The notes under the pieces were generated by a model, which was not told the DNA's origin, made no database searches, and was given only the letters and a program-made list of their open reading frames with translations. Positions 1 through 12,816 of a DNA stretch of 64,000 bases are shown in pieces. Source of the stretch: Carcharhinus amblyrhynchos. Lineage: Eukaryota. The position numbers and the translations under genes were made by a program. The stretch is taken from positions 40,300,001 to 40,364,000 of the forward strand of contig OZ336882.1 in NCBI GenBank assembly GCA_965287045.1. The letters are read 5' to 3'. Numbering within the stretch: position 1 is the stretch's first letter; the number at the start of each line of letters is the position of its first letter.

Positions 1-532
1 TTTAGGGCTTCTTGATGCCACACTTGGTCAAATACCACCTTGATGTCAAGGGCAGTCATTCTCTGCTCAACTTTTGAAATAATGTAGTTAATGTTCAAAC
101 AATGAGCCATGTCAAATAAAATCCAATTTCCTAATGTGTAGAATGTTGTCTAAACAAGTCGTTCAAAGTAGAATGTTTATATAATACTTTTTAATGCCTT
201 AACTGTTGAATTACTGCTATAGTTTGCTTATTTGGAAAGTAACTTTAAGGTAGAACTCTCATTTTAAAAATGTTTTCTGGTGTCATAAATATTACATAAA
301 ACTTACTAAAATGTTGAGCTGTTTTCTCATGAAAATTTACTATTCCTGAAAAATGCATCTGTCCTTCCTGTGATTACCTTTAAGGAAAATTCATAACTAT
401 ATGCTTGTATTGTTATTTAGGATATAGCAAAGTGAGTCTTTTACTCAGAATTCAATAAACCATAATGGCAGCATGCAATTTCTTGCAATATTCTCTTGAA
501 TTCTGAATGGCATCACTGGTAAAATGAATCAT

Positions 533-1082
533 GTTTCATTGGTCAGAAAATTGAATACAAAAGTTGGGACGTCTACTAGACATTGGTAAGGCCATACTTG
601 GAATACTATGTACAGTTTTGGTCACCCTATCATAGAAAGGATATTATTAAACTAGAAAGCATGCAGAAAAGATTTACTAGGATGCTAGCAGAACTTGATG
701 GTTTGAGTTAGAAGGAGAAGCTGGATAGGCAGAGCATAGGACGCTTAGGAGTGATCCTATAGAGGTCTATAAAGTAATGAAGGGCATAGATAAGTTTTAT
801 ATAGTCACATCTTTTCCCAACTAAAACTAGAGGCATAAATTTAAGGTGAGAGATACAGAAGGGTTCAGAAGGGCAATGTTTTCATACACAGGATGGCTAG
901 TATCTGGAACAAGCTACCAGAAGTAGTAGGCGTAAAATGTTGTCATTTTAAAAAGCATTTGGACAGTTAAATGGGTAAAATAGATATAGAGGGACATGGG
1001 CCAAATGGGGGTAATTGGGACTAGCTTAATGGTAAAAACTGGGTGGAAGGGACTATTTCCAAACTGTAAACCTCAATGATTT
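533..1082 (+). mobile_element. Decayed CR1 LINE 3' fragment
   Basis: Clearly similar to 44820-45420 (LVRPxLEYxVQFWSP...QKRFTRML coding pattern and CR1 3' end), with indels. Confidence 0.85.
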
Positions 1083-3299
1083 TCTGACTAATTTTTCAAC
1101 CTTGAAATTGTTTAAAATTGGTCTTGATTTTCACGCTGTATTCCTTGGTGGAGTAGGCCTGGGTGGTGTGTAATCCGTTATCGTCACTGGATGCCATGTA
1201 GAAATGGTGTCCAACATCACTGACTCTCAAGTTTGAAGTGAAGAAGAAGGTGGATCTCCTGAAAACGAAGATTGATCTTTGGGAGAGCTCGGAGAATGGA
1301 AGATGGAGCTCCTGAGAACAAGATGATTGTCCAGGAACAGTCTGAGGCTGGAAGGCTCCCCATGAAGACGTAGACCTGATCTGAAGAGTCCACTTGCAGA
1401 TACATTAGTGTGGTGTTGTGGGTAGCCTTCACTTCAAACTGTGGAGGCAGCCTCAGGCATTGTTGAAGTGACTACCATACCTGTACACCACATTGTCCCA
1501 AACATATTTCACACTGCTGTATTTTCCCATAGTCATTGTGGAGAATCTGGCCTTGGGGGGGTGGTTTGGATCTTTATCTGCACCTTGCTAAATTCTAAAG
1601 GCCAGACAGTCACTTGTGACAATCCCTGGCCATTTTGGTTCAAAAGTTGGCAAGTGGCACACAGCTGACACCCAGCTATTAAAGTCAACCGAGCCTCCCT
1701 GACACCTCTCTCTGAGAGGTATATTGCTTCCTTCACTACGTTCCCCACCTGAGAGTTGAAGTCAAGCCGAATATTTAAAGCAATTTAACACTGGGACACA
1801 ATACAGTGAAACTAGAGAGCCATTTAAAGTGATGAAGTATTATTGGCACAATGGTAATGTTCTTTGGAATGAGTTGGTACATTTTTCTGCAGAATATTGG
1901 CATCAGTATGTGAAACAGCCTTGTGAAAAGCACTGCAACATGATTCTTGTTGGCTTGTAGTTCAGTTTTGATTGTTGAAGAATCATTGGTTTTTATTAAA
2001 ACCTGATATTAAATATTCTCAGTAAAGTTGCAGGCAGACATTACTTATTGGCTGTTGATTTTAAATTTCATGTATTTAAATTAATAACCTCAATCCTGAG
2101 AAATTCACTTTGGCCATCAGAGTTAGGTTTGAGGAGTTTGTAATTTAGGACTTTTCCAGCAAATGTGGAAAAGACTTGAGATTGACTGTGGGTCACACGT
2201 AAATCCAATTAAATTTGTGAATTGCAAAAACACAGCAGATCTTGTCAGCTTCTGGAAAGCCCCAAGTTTTGGGTCTAGCTCATTATAACTGATGTGTCTT
2301 TCCCTCCAGTTAGCAGAAGAGAAGATCATTTTTCTATAGTGTGCTATTTATAAAACAAAGGTAATTTATTTTTAAAAGCTTTCCCATCTGTCTTCCTCTT
2401 TTTGATCCCAATATCTTTGCGCTGTTCTGAATTTCTAACTCTGAAGCAAAAGTTAGTGGGGGTGGGGGGGAGGGAAGATCTAGTTTATTCAGAAAAAGGG
2501 AAAATCTTTTATATCTTCCTTTTGATTTCACAATCTCTCATGTTCTGATAAAGTTCACACCAGAAGAATTTTGCAGGCTTTAAATCTGACTCACTAGCGC
2601 TCTGCCCCACCCTATGTTTTTGCGTCTGGAATCATTCTACAACAGAGTAGCTTGTGTTCATGGATGAAATGTGAGAGTTAGAAATATAAAACTTGGTATT
2701 TTAATACTCTACTGACAGAGAAAATGGGAAATAATGCATTTCAAACACCAGTTACTATGTGAGCAAAATAGAACTATATGTGTCATTCGTCACAGTGTAA
2801 AAAGCCTGCGCAGAACAGCAGCAAAAGGAATGGCAGACATTTGTTTTTGTTTGTTTTGGCTGTAATTCTCAAATTGGAGTTTGTGAAGATTTTCAATGAG
2901 ATAATATGAAGTTACTCTCCAAGCGGGGCTTGACTTGTAAGACACTGCTGATATCCATACAGAAGCACCTGGCTTCTGAAAAGCAATATTATAACATTCA
3001 TGATGTGAAGTTTTCATGTTATGAGCACTCTATTGTTATAATCTAGATGGGGGAGGTGGATGTGATTTTAATCCCTTTTGAAAAAAGGTCCCTCAAAAAC
3101 ATTTCAGAATTACTGTTTTAGGCTAAATCATGTTCTATTTTCCAAATGCAATCTATCTTTTGGAGAAAATTAAACTCTTGTACCGCCTCTTATAGTTTTT
3201 CCACGTCTATGGCTGTTTTATAAAACAAATTTGCATATTTATAATCTTCTTTGAAATATCAGTAGTATTATCAAATGATAGTACTGTAATCCACCACTT

Positions 3300-3645
3300 C
3301 TTAAATATTTGTTCATGGGATGTGGGCATCGCTGGCTGGGCCAGCATTTATTGCCTTTCCCTGACTGATAGTCAACTACATTGTTGTGGATCTGGAATCA
3401 CATGTAGGCCAGACCAGGTAAGAATGACAGATTTCCTTCCCTAAAGGACATTAGTGAACCAGATGGGTTTTACAACATCCAACAATGGTTTTGTGAGCAT
3501 CATTTAGACTTTTCATTAGAGATTTTTATTGAATTCAAATTTCACGGTCTGCTATGGTGGGATTTGAAATTGGATCCCCAGAGCACTATCCTGGTTCTCT
3601 GGATTACAAGTCCAGTGACAATGTTACTATACCACTGCCCCCTCA
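3300..3645 (-). mobile_element. tRNA-derived SINE (family with ttccctaaaggacattagtgaaccagatgg core)
   Basis: Same sequence recurs at 4127-4745(+), ~12540-13120, ~20970-21150, ~27340-27560, ~35300-35665 and ~63900-64000; degenerate B-box at the head. Confidence 0.75.
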
Positions 3646-4126
3646 TGAAAGTTTATCCATGAAACTGATGAGGATGTGATTGAGCTGTTTGCAGAAGCAG
3701 GCAAATATGGTTTGGGTTTTGTAAAAATGCTTTCATAGTGAACTCTTGTAAATTAATGAGTACTTTTTAGTAAAATTTAAAAATCACACATTTACCTTTT
3801 TTTTTCAAAAGTGGTAAGCTCACTGAAAATATAAATAATCACTGCTGTTTCTGCAATAGAGTCCAATGGGGGATAAAAATTGAATGTAAACTGGAAGTCA
3901 AGTTCTTTTGGGGAACATTGGGAATCTACAATTCTTGTGTGAGCCCACCAAACATTGGTATAAGAACAGGAAATATCAGAAGTGCTCAGCAGGTCTGGCA
4001 GAATCTCTGGAGAGAGAAACAGAGTTAATCTTTTCGGTCTGCATGTTTGTCATAATATTTGCATATGGGGAGAAGGAATTCCTGGTAAAACTGCCAACAG
4101 TTTATATCATATGCATAAAGTGGAGA

Positions 4127-4745
4127 TGGTGGCATGGTATTGTTACTAGAGTAGAATCCAGTGATAATCCCACCACAATAGATAGTGAAATTGCAATTCA
4201 ATAAAAATCTGGGATTAAAAGTCAAATGATGACTATGAAAAGAGTGGCACAGTGGTTAACACTGCTGCCTCACTGCGACAGGGATCCGGGTTCAATTCCG
4301 GCCTTGGGTCACTGCCTGTGTGAAGCTTGCACACTCTCCCCATGTCTGCATGGTTTTCCTCTGGGTGTTCCAGTTTCCACCCACACTCCAAAGATGTGCA
4401 GGTTAGGTTGATTGGTCATGCTAAATTTAACCTAATGTCAGGAGAATTAGCAAGCTAAGTATGTAGGTTTACGGGAATAGGGCCTGGCTGGGATTGTGGT
4501 TGACGCTGACTCAATGGGCTGAATGGACTCACTCTGTGCTGTAGGGACACTATGAACTCATTGTCATAAAAACCCATCTGGTTCACTGATGTCCCTTAGG
4601 GGAGGCAATCTGTCGTCCTTATCCGGTTTGGACTACATGTAACTCCAGATTCACAGCAATGTGGTTAACTCTCAAAAGAACTAGATGGGCAGTGAATGCT
4701 GGGCCCAGCCAACAATGCCCCCACATTCCGTGATGAATAAAAAAA
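4127..4745 (+). mobile_element. Same SINE family, interrupted by a V-SINE insertion
   Basis: Reverse complement of 3300-3645, split at ~4240/4556; ends in gaataaaaaaaa. Confidence 0.7.
4241..4556 (+). mobile_element. V-SINE (HE1-like), CR1-type tail
   Basis: A-box tggcacagtgg 4245-4255, B-box gttcaattcc 4290-4299, V-domain-like body; actatgaa repeated at 4232-4239 and 4549-4556 (TSD-like). Confidence 0.85.
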
Positions 4746-5588
4746 AGTGGTATGCAGGTATTTGACAAAATACAAACAATCCCATAGATAAATAGACATA
4801 CAACTGTCCAGAATTCTTACCATGATTCATTTCCATTAAAATGTTTAACGTGAAGTTTTAATTGATTGCACCAGTTGTAAATGGCACGACATATTTTGTT
4901 TCCAGAATATTTATGGACCTGCAGTATCGCAGCTTGCAAATTTCTTTCCAGAAATAAAAGGATGGAATTACACATGCTGTAAAGTGACTCTTGAATGACA
5001 TGATTCTGTAGTGGCCATAAACAGCTGCAAGCCTCTCTGCCAAGTCCAAAGGAGAAATGAATTAACGTTTAACAGATACATATGTAAAATAAAACATTGT
5101 ATAACTTCTGGATTCAGTGCAGGCTGTTATTTTTAATGATCTACAGGTTTCCTGCGCTACCTTGACTGGGTGCCTGAATTTGAGGAAGAACTAATAAGTA
5201 GTTCTCTCTCTGTCTTTTTCTAACACTTGAGCTGAAAAGTGGTGTTTGCAAATCTAATTAAATTAGCTGCTTGAAAATATGTTTGGGAAGGTAGGAGTTG
5301 CAGTAAGTGATTGAAACGGTAAGTATAAAGCAAAGTTTCCAACATATCCACTAGAATATGTACAAAAGAACTTTGTGTTTGAATTGAGTAGAGACTGGGA
5401 AGTGTTTAATTACTTTTTTGACTTGAGTGAGTAGGCTGTTCTATTCAGCTAGGAAATTAGGCAAGTGATTTTAATCTTAAGACTGTTATTTGTATCAGTT
5501 GTTTTTGGGGATCCTGATTAATGTTGAGACTTGTTTATATCGGTCTTTTTTTTGGGGGACCCTGATTGCTGCCTTAAACAATGTTATG

Positions 5589-5704
5589 CTGTGGTTTCCC
5601 TATGTAACATTCACTGTGGTTCCTCTGTGGTTTCCCTATGTAACATTCACTGTGGTTTCCCTATGTAACATTCACTGTGGTTCCTCTATGTAACATTCAT
5701 TGTG
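5589..5704. repeat. Minisatellite, 25-bp unit ctgtggtttccctatgtaacattca, about 4.5 copies
   Basis: Directly visible tandem repeat with one 11-bp partial unit. Confidence 0.9.
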
Positions 5705-5929
5705 CTTTACATGTGCTAACTAGCAACACAGCAAAAACATACATGTTTCCATTAGGTAGTATGCTACTCTCCATATTGGGAAAGGGAACAAAATAGCATT
5801 CTTAATATGTACCTGAGGTGACCTTTCTTCCTTTCCTTTTGCCTGAATGAGATCTCCACTTCAAGGTTAATTACCTGTACAGTATCCCATATTTGGATGC
5901 TTTGCAGGAAAGCCAGACTATGGGACCTA

Positions 5930-6300
5930 CATTCTCCTTGTATTCAAATCCCTCCAGACTCTTTGCCCCTCTCTATCTTATTAATTGCTTCCAGCTTCAC
6001 AACTCCAAGATATTAGCGCTCTTCTCCTAGCATTTTGAGGGCCCCTCATTTTAATTGGTCCATGTCTGGCGATTATATTTTCAGCTGTCAAGTGTTCTTC
6101 TGTAGGTCCCATTCTGAGCCTCTCTACTTCTCTTTCCTCGTTTTTGAGATGCTCCTGAGAGTCTACCCCTTCGATCAAGCTTTTTCCCATCTGCCTGAGA
6201 ATTGCCATGGGTGCCTTGGGGTCAGATTTTGCTTTATAATCTTTCTTAAGACGATTTACTGCGTTAAAAGTGATATACAAGAACAATTTGCTGTTGTTGA
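5930..6300 (+). mobile_element. L2-like LINE 3' end, decayed
   Basis: ttcaaatccctcc...gctcctgagagtctaccccttcgatcaagctttt...gcgttaaaagtgatatacaag and gttgttg tail; related segments at ~51460-51770(+), ~42140-43140(-) and ~63000-63370(-). Confidence 0.6.
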
Positions 6301-7814
6301 TTTGAGACTCTTTTCACAAGGTTGGAAGATTGGTGGCTGTAGCAATAGAACTTCTCTGCACTGAGATAGTGTTTGTCTTTGCTGATGACCCTGCAGAATC
6401 TGTAGCTGGTGGTCCGCCACTCTAGTGCTCAATGCTGACTTGGCCCAAACCACAAGCTGGTTCAGATACTGGCACTAGAGGAAGCTGGGTTGAAGTGCCC
6501 AGATTGTCAATATCACAATTGTTTTATGAGCAAAAATCTCAGGTACTGGAATCTAGTGAGCATAAGTACATGTGGGTGGTACATTGATTTTGCTCATTCA
6601 GGCAACACAATGGTACTGCAATCACTCTTATAGTTAATTGTGCTTAATAGCTAGGGATAGTTGCAGGTAAAAATGTATTGTACTGAATGTAAGTACAGCT
6701 GATTCTAAAATGCACCCACACAAATATTATGCCTAATGAAGAGACAATTTGGGTGTTACATTGTTTTGAACATTTTAGTGTTCAACATAAAAGCTGTAGT
6801 AATTGCAGTACTGCTGAAACACTAGAACTGATTTTCTAGGTGATCCTCACACTTGAGTTTAGGTTTCCAGCATGTCTGATTTTTTTTAAAAAAATGTAAA
6901 ATGCTCACAGCAGTTCGACTTAACTTTCCTCTTAACTATGTTGGCTTTTTGTCAATGCTGGACTACAGTTCAATCATAATTGGTAGCTGTTCAAACATGT
7001 TCCAGTGCTGGCAAAAATGAACCTATTATGTTTTTTCTTTTTAAAAAAAAAGGCTGTGCTGCCAACATTTTTTTTACATAAAGGAGAATGCTATCAGTAA
7101 AATCAATGTGCTTAGGAATAGGAGATGATTTGATTTTGTTTTCATGTGATATGGGTGTCACTTGTAAGATCAGCATTTATTGCATCTTATCTCCGATGGG
7201 TTGGTATTCAAGCTTGAGAAAGTGATGCTTCAATTGTACAAATTCTACGCAGAATCTGCCTGGAGGACTACATTCTGCTTTGAGCATTGAACCTTTAGAA
7301 AGACGAATTGGCTTTGGAGGGGCGTACAGCATGGATTCACCAGAATAATACCAGGCATAAATTGTTCAGATATGTGACTACGTAAACATGGCTTGTTGTG
7401 GTAGTGTGACGCCTGTAAGGGGGCATTCCCTGAAGGCCACACTATTGGGCTAGACCCTCTGGAGTGTTCAGGCAGGAAGCTGAGCCAATCACATGCAAGG
7501 GCATGTGATTGGCTCCAGGTTGGGGAGGATCCTGAGCTGGAGCCGGGAAGATAGTTTATTCTATCTGACCCTTTATTTATCATTGATAACAAAGCCTCTG
7601 TTATTTTGAGCCAGATCAAGTTACCATCGACTTATTATATTGGACTTCCTATTCAGTTTAGGAGGTTGTGGGGTGATTCCATTGAGGTGTTTGAAATGAT
7701 GAAGGTTTGATAAATTAGATGCAGATCAACTATTATCTGGTGGGAATCCAGAACAAGAAGACGTAACATTGGAGTTAGACTCTGGAGCATTTAGAATGAT
7801 GCAGCAATGACCCC

Positions 7815-7912
7815 AAAACAGAAAATGCTGGAAATTCATAGTAGGTCTGTCCACATTTGAGGAGAAAGAATAGAGCCAATGTTTAGAGTCAGGATGACCC
7901 TTCGTCAGAGCT
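7815..7912 (-). mobile_element. Penelope-type terminal repeat fragment with degenerate hammerhead-like motif
   Basis: Minus strand reads agct-ctgacga-agggtcatcctgactc-taaa-cattggct; related fragment at ~3965-4040. Confidence 0.5.
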
Positions 7913-8171
7913 CCCTGGACACTAGCCATTGTGTGTTTTCATGGTTGTGCTAGCAGTACATAATAGAGCTTTCCACCACTTGTGCTCTTTCCCCATAGTA
8001 TTGCAGATGTTTCTTTTTTCAGGTATGTATCCATTTCTTTAAAAAAATGCAATTTAAATTTGTCCACATTTTCTGGCATTTCAAATCATAATTCATTTTA
8101 CAAAACATTACCAGTTATCTTGAATCTGTGCTTGCCACTTACTGCTGGCACAGTATTTGGTGGCAACATTT

Positions 8172-8478
8172 TAGAATCACAGAATCCCTACAGTGCAGAA
8201 AGAGGTCTTTTGGCTCATTGAGCCTGCACCAGCAACAATCTCACCCAGGCTCAATCTGCATAACTCCAAGTATTTACCCTGCTAATCCCCTGACACTCAG
8301 GGTTAATTAGCATGGTCAGTCAACCTAACCTGCACATGTTTGGCCTGTGGGAGTAAAATGGAATAGCCGGAGGAAACCCACACAGACACGGGAGAATGTA
8401 TAGATTCTTCACAGTCATGCGAGGCTGAAATAGAACTGGGGTGAGGCAGCAGTGCTAACCATTGTGGCATCATGCCAT
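8172..8478 (-). mobile_element. V-SINE (HE1-like)
   Basis: Reverse complement of the 4241-4556 family. Confidence 0.8.
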
Positions 8479-11400
8479 CCATCTATAAGATTAGAATCAC
8501 AAAGCAGTTTTCCACACACATCAGTGGAAATCTGGAATTCACCTCCCCCAAATGGCGGTGGATACTCAAGTCAATTGAACTTTTTAAAATTGAGATCATT
8601 ACTTCTTCCTGTTGAGTAAGTGTACCCAGGGATATGAAGTAATGTGTAGCTCCAATGATGGTCTAATTGATTGATGGAATAAGGTCAAAAGGCAGAATGG
8701 CCTACTTCTATTGCTCCTTTCCTTTTATTTAAAAAAAATTCAAGATTAATAGTTGGTTAGAGCCAATTTGCTGGTAGTTTCGTTTTACAAACTTGGGTTA
8801 TTGAAAACACAAGACTAGAATAAAATTGTCTACATTTTTGTGAACACTTATTTGTGAATATATTGTTGATTTTGTGCTTTTGGGATCGGAGAAAATTCTT
8901 ATACAATTGTATTTGTTGTCAGTTATGGATTCAGTTCTGAAAATTCACAAATAGGTGATACTAGCAATTCTGAAGAAACATTCATTGTGTACTGTTGATT
9001 TATGCTTTCTAACTATTTCCAATTGAAAATCTCTACAAATATACTTAGAATATTTAAGCCTTTGTTGTTAAAAACTAAAGCAAGGGCTATGTTGGTATTC
9101 AGTATGAAATGTGGAAATTGGAACAGACAAAAAAATGTTTCTTTAGCACAAAATCCTAATTTTTGCAACCATTACATCTTGACTAAAGGCTTATTTTTAA
9201 AAAAGGAATAGGTATCATCATTGCATTATTATAACTGGCCTGACTGGTATTTGGAACCACATATTCTAATAACTGAACCGGACATATCACATGCTTGTGT
9301 TATATTAAATAGCTGGTATATTTCCAATAATACACAGTTAAATGATTATTTCTTTGCCAATTCCAACTGTGATGGGAATGAAGATCCTGTAACACGGGCA
9401 CTTTGGCTAATTACAATGCTGGCTTTGCTGAAATAAGCCAATTCATCAGACTAGAAATCGAACCTGGGATATTCTTGCTTTTGGTGATGCCTGAAATCTC
9501 AATTTGACTACACTTGGCACTGAGTTGGTTTTCTTTATGCCTCCTGAAGTGACTTGGTTCCTTTTTCTGCACCTAAAGGTATTATATAAATGCTGGAATG
9601 TATTAGGGTAAGCATTGGATGAAACTACTGAGCAAATGAAGGAGTTTGAATTCTTTGATGAGAAAGAGCTTAATTTCTTGAACATTAGCTTTTTAGTGGC
9701 ACAAAATCCTCTTTAACCTGCGCCAGAATGCTTTCTCTCAAGTTTTTAAATGAAAAAGAATTTTGAAGGCAAAAAAAATTAACTTGATTTTGGTGCTTTG
9801 CTTCTCTTTTTCTTTGAGCTTTCTTGTTTAATGTAGTTTCCGTATGTCTGCAGTATTTTATATAAGGCAAATTTCAACTTGGAGTAAAATGATGAATGAT
9901 GTAATTATTATGATGTAGAAGAATGTTTCCTGAGGTGCAGCTTTGATTTAAGGTATTGATGGGGCTGATTCTAAATGGAACTCTTGGGCAGCAGAATCTG
10001 AATATTTGCCCCTTGGGTTACAAATGTGATGAAGAACCTCATGTAGCCAGGACTGAAACATATTGAAAGACGATTGACTGAAATCCTCAAGAGTGTTAGA
10101 GTTTATTTTGAGGTATTGTATGACTTCAGCAGAGCCTGCATTGATGACTGACAGTGTGCAGGCTTGAGTACATTTGTTCAATAGCGCATGAAGACTTTGC
10201 CTGTCCAGTAGTATCTTTTTTTTTAAGTATAAATGCGTGAACAATAATCACACTACATGGATAGTGGACCTGGTTCTAGTTGTCAAGAAATGAGAGACAT
10301 TCAGTGCTGGAAGCAATGAAAGAATATTGCACAAAGGAAAGAGGGTGACTTTGGCACCATGTCTCTCTTTTCAAAAATATTAAAGTTCTGTACTATTCAG
10401 CGACTGAATGAAAGAAGAGCTATTGGTCTGATCCCAGTGTCGGGGATTTTATTTAGGAGGAAAGTGTGGGTTTTTCACTATAGAAAGCAAGCATCTTTAT
10501 CTTATCAGTTTATAGAAGGTATTGAAAACATTATCCTTGACTAATATTTTGTTCCGAACAGTAGAAGTAGGGCACCAAAGAATTCGAATTGGTGACTGAC
10601 AATTTTAAGACAACAATCAGAAATTCTTCTTCTGACACATATACTGCTTGAAATTAGCATCTAGACAGGCTATGGGACGTCTGAGTTCTATAATTGTTTG
10701 AACATAATTTATAGTTTCTCAGAATGCATGCATTAAAATGAGCTATAATTATCATTGTATGATCTCACATTCGCTCTTGTACATATAGCTTCAAAAGTAT
10801 GAGCAGCAGGCAATTAAGATCTAGAAATTTTTGCTTCCCATAGCTAGGCATGCATGTGTTTTAAAAAAAAACATTTGCAGAGCTGAGGGCATTTTGATTA
10901 TCAGAGGACTATTATAATACAAGTGATCAAGGTTAAATAATAAAAGCTGCATTTTTGCAATCTTTAAGTTTTTGGAAGTTTTTAAGTTGTGGAATCATGG
11001 AGATTTGTTGGACGTTTTCCTGGTAGGTGCATCCTTACTTTCAGTTGTTTTAAATGGAGAAGAGCAAGAACAAGCAAATGCCTGGCATTTCGGAAGGTAG
11101 GGTTTGATATGGGTTTTTTTGTCAGTTTTATGAAGGATATAAATGCAAGGAAAGGCCACATTTTGTTTTAATTTTCACTCAATGTCTGTATCAATAAGGT
11201 TGAATTCTGACTAAAGCTCCACAAAATTCCCAGCACCAACCTTGCTATTGACCAGGTCAATTTTTAGTTTCCAGTACCATTCTAATTTGTGGCCTCTTCA
11301 CTTTGTTATAATTTGGTTAGGGAAATCTTTACATAAAAGACTTCAACAAAAGTTAATATAATTTATAACTACATATGTTATACAATCAGATTCATTTCAT

Positions 11401-12655
11401 TTTTTTCCTCCAACAATTGCCTTACATCAATCTTAAATCTATTTACTTCTGGAGGGGCCATATGTATCCTCTGGAAACTGTTTTCAATTCTGTCCAGTTC
11501 CAGCTGTCCTCAGAAGAAAGACATTACTCTGCTATCTTTTTATCTGTGGATGCCTCAGTCCCTCATTTTGTTTGCTTTCTTAATCTAATTTGTACGGTGC
11601 TTTCTTTGTCACAAGGCTCAGTGAGCACCGCTATAGTTTTTTCCACATGTTGTAAACTAGGCAACCTTTAAGCTTTCATTCCCTCACAGCATTTGAACTA
11701 GGGTTAAGCCCTCTCTGCATTCAATGCAGCAAAGAAGGTAGTTAGCTTTTATCTCCTTCCACAACAGGTCTAACTGTCATTTACTTAGGGCTACCTTCTC
11801 TCTGTGAACTGCAAACTGCACGTGTAGGTTCTGAGCTGCAATTATTACTTGGATGGCTTTTGTCCCTTTTTATATAGTTTCAACCAGTTTCAGTCTACCC
11901 AGAAGTTTGGGACTTCAAATATTGGACTCAGGTTCAAACCAAAGCAAAATAACTATGTAAAGCCACTTTGAATAGCTCTATTACACATGTTTAGGAATAG
12001 TGGAAGATAACTTTTGTACCGGACATTGCAAGTGATTCCAGAGCCTGAAGTACAAATTTTAGATCGCTGCATTGTTTATTTTAAATGAATGGATTTGTTC
12101 CCTCACTTCTCTCTTTTCTGACTTTTCTTTCTTTCTTTCTAGCAAGCATTGACCTATTCTGAAAAGTCTTTTTAGAATTGCCAGTGTAATGACCTCAGTA
12201 AGGTCCATGAGGTTAGCCTCTTGGAGTATGAGCTCCCTGATTGAGATAATGATTGCCTGCCCAGCCAGGACATCTCACTAAATATATATTGAGATGTCTC
12301 AGGGCTATTGACACTCAGAATCCAGGCTTTGTGCGTGAAACACTCTTAGGAGTGAAATTGAGTTTATAAATAAAGGGAATCTGGTGAAGGGACAGTGGCC
12401 TCTGTGGAGTTATTTCAGCCTATGATAACTTTTGTTGGATGAGCCTTGGGTGTTAAAGGATGGAATTAAAGCTCCATTTTATTGGATTTTTAAAAAAATC
12501 TCACTACTGCTAGTGTGCTCATTCATCTTAATTGGCATCAATAAAAATTTTTATGGGATGTGGGCATTTAACACCAGCATTTATCACCCATTCCAAATTG
12601 CTGTTGGGAATGTGGTGGTGACCTATTGCCTTGAGCTGTTGCAGTTCAAGTAGTC

Positions 12656-12816
12656 ATGATGTGGGTATGCCAGCGTTGAACTGGCGTAAACACAGTAAAA
12701 AGTCTGACAACACCAGGTTTTAGTCCACCTGACGAAGGGGCTAACCCGAAAGCTTGCGAGTATATTATCAAATAAATAGGTTGGACTAAAACCTGGTGTT
12801 GTCAGACTTTTTACTG
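12656..12816 (+). mobile_element. Penelope-derived hairpin mini-element with hammerhead-like core
   Basis: Perfect 35-bp inverted repeat 12693-12727/12782-12816; ctgacga...gaaa core in the loop; direct repeat tgcagttcaagtagtc at 12640-12655 and 12815-12830. Confidence 0.8.

Larger units (their letters stand above)
7630..8720 (+). mobile_element. Old CR1 3' fragment split by younger insertions
   Basis: RRLxGDxIEVF-like coding remnant at 7650-7800; continues at ~8500-8720 with CR1 3' UTR (ggcagaatggcctact). Confidence 0.6.

Noticed and set aside
5589-5704. CRISPR-like array
   Set aside because: Head-to-tail minisatellite without unique spacers; eukaryotic context, no cas genes.
12693-12816. 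Hairpins as miRNA precursors or DNA-transposon MITEs
   Set aside because: Asymmetric leader, variable 8-16 bp target duplications and hammerhead-like cores fit Penelope-type retro-insertions better.
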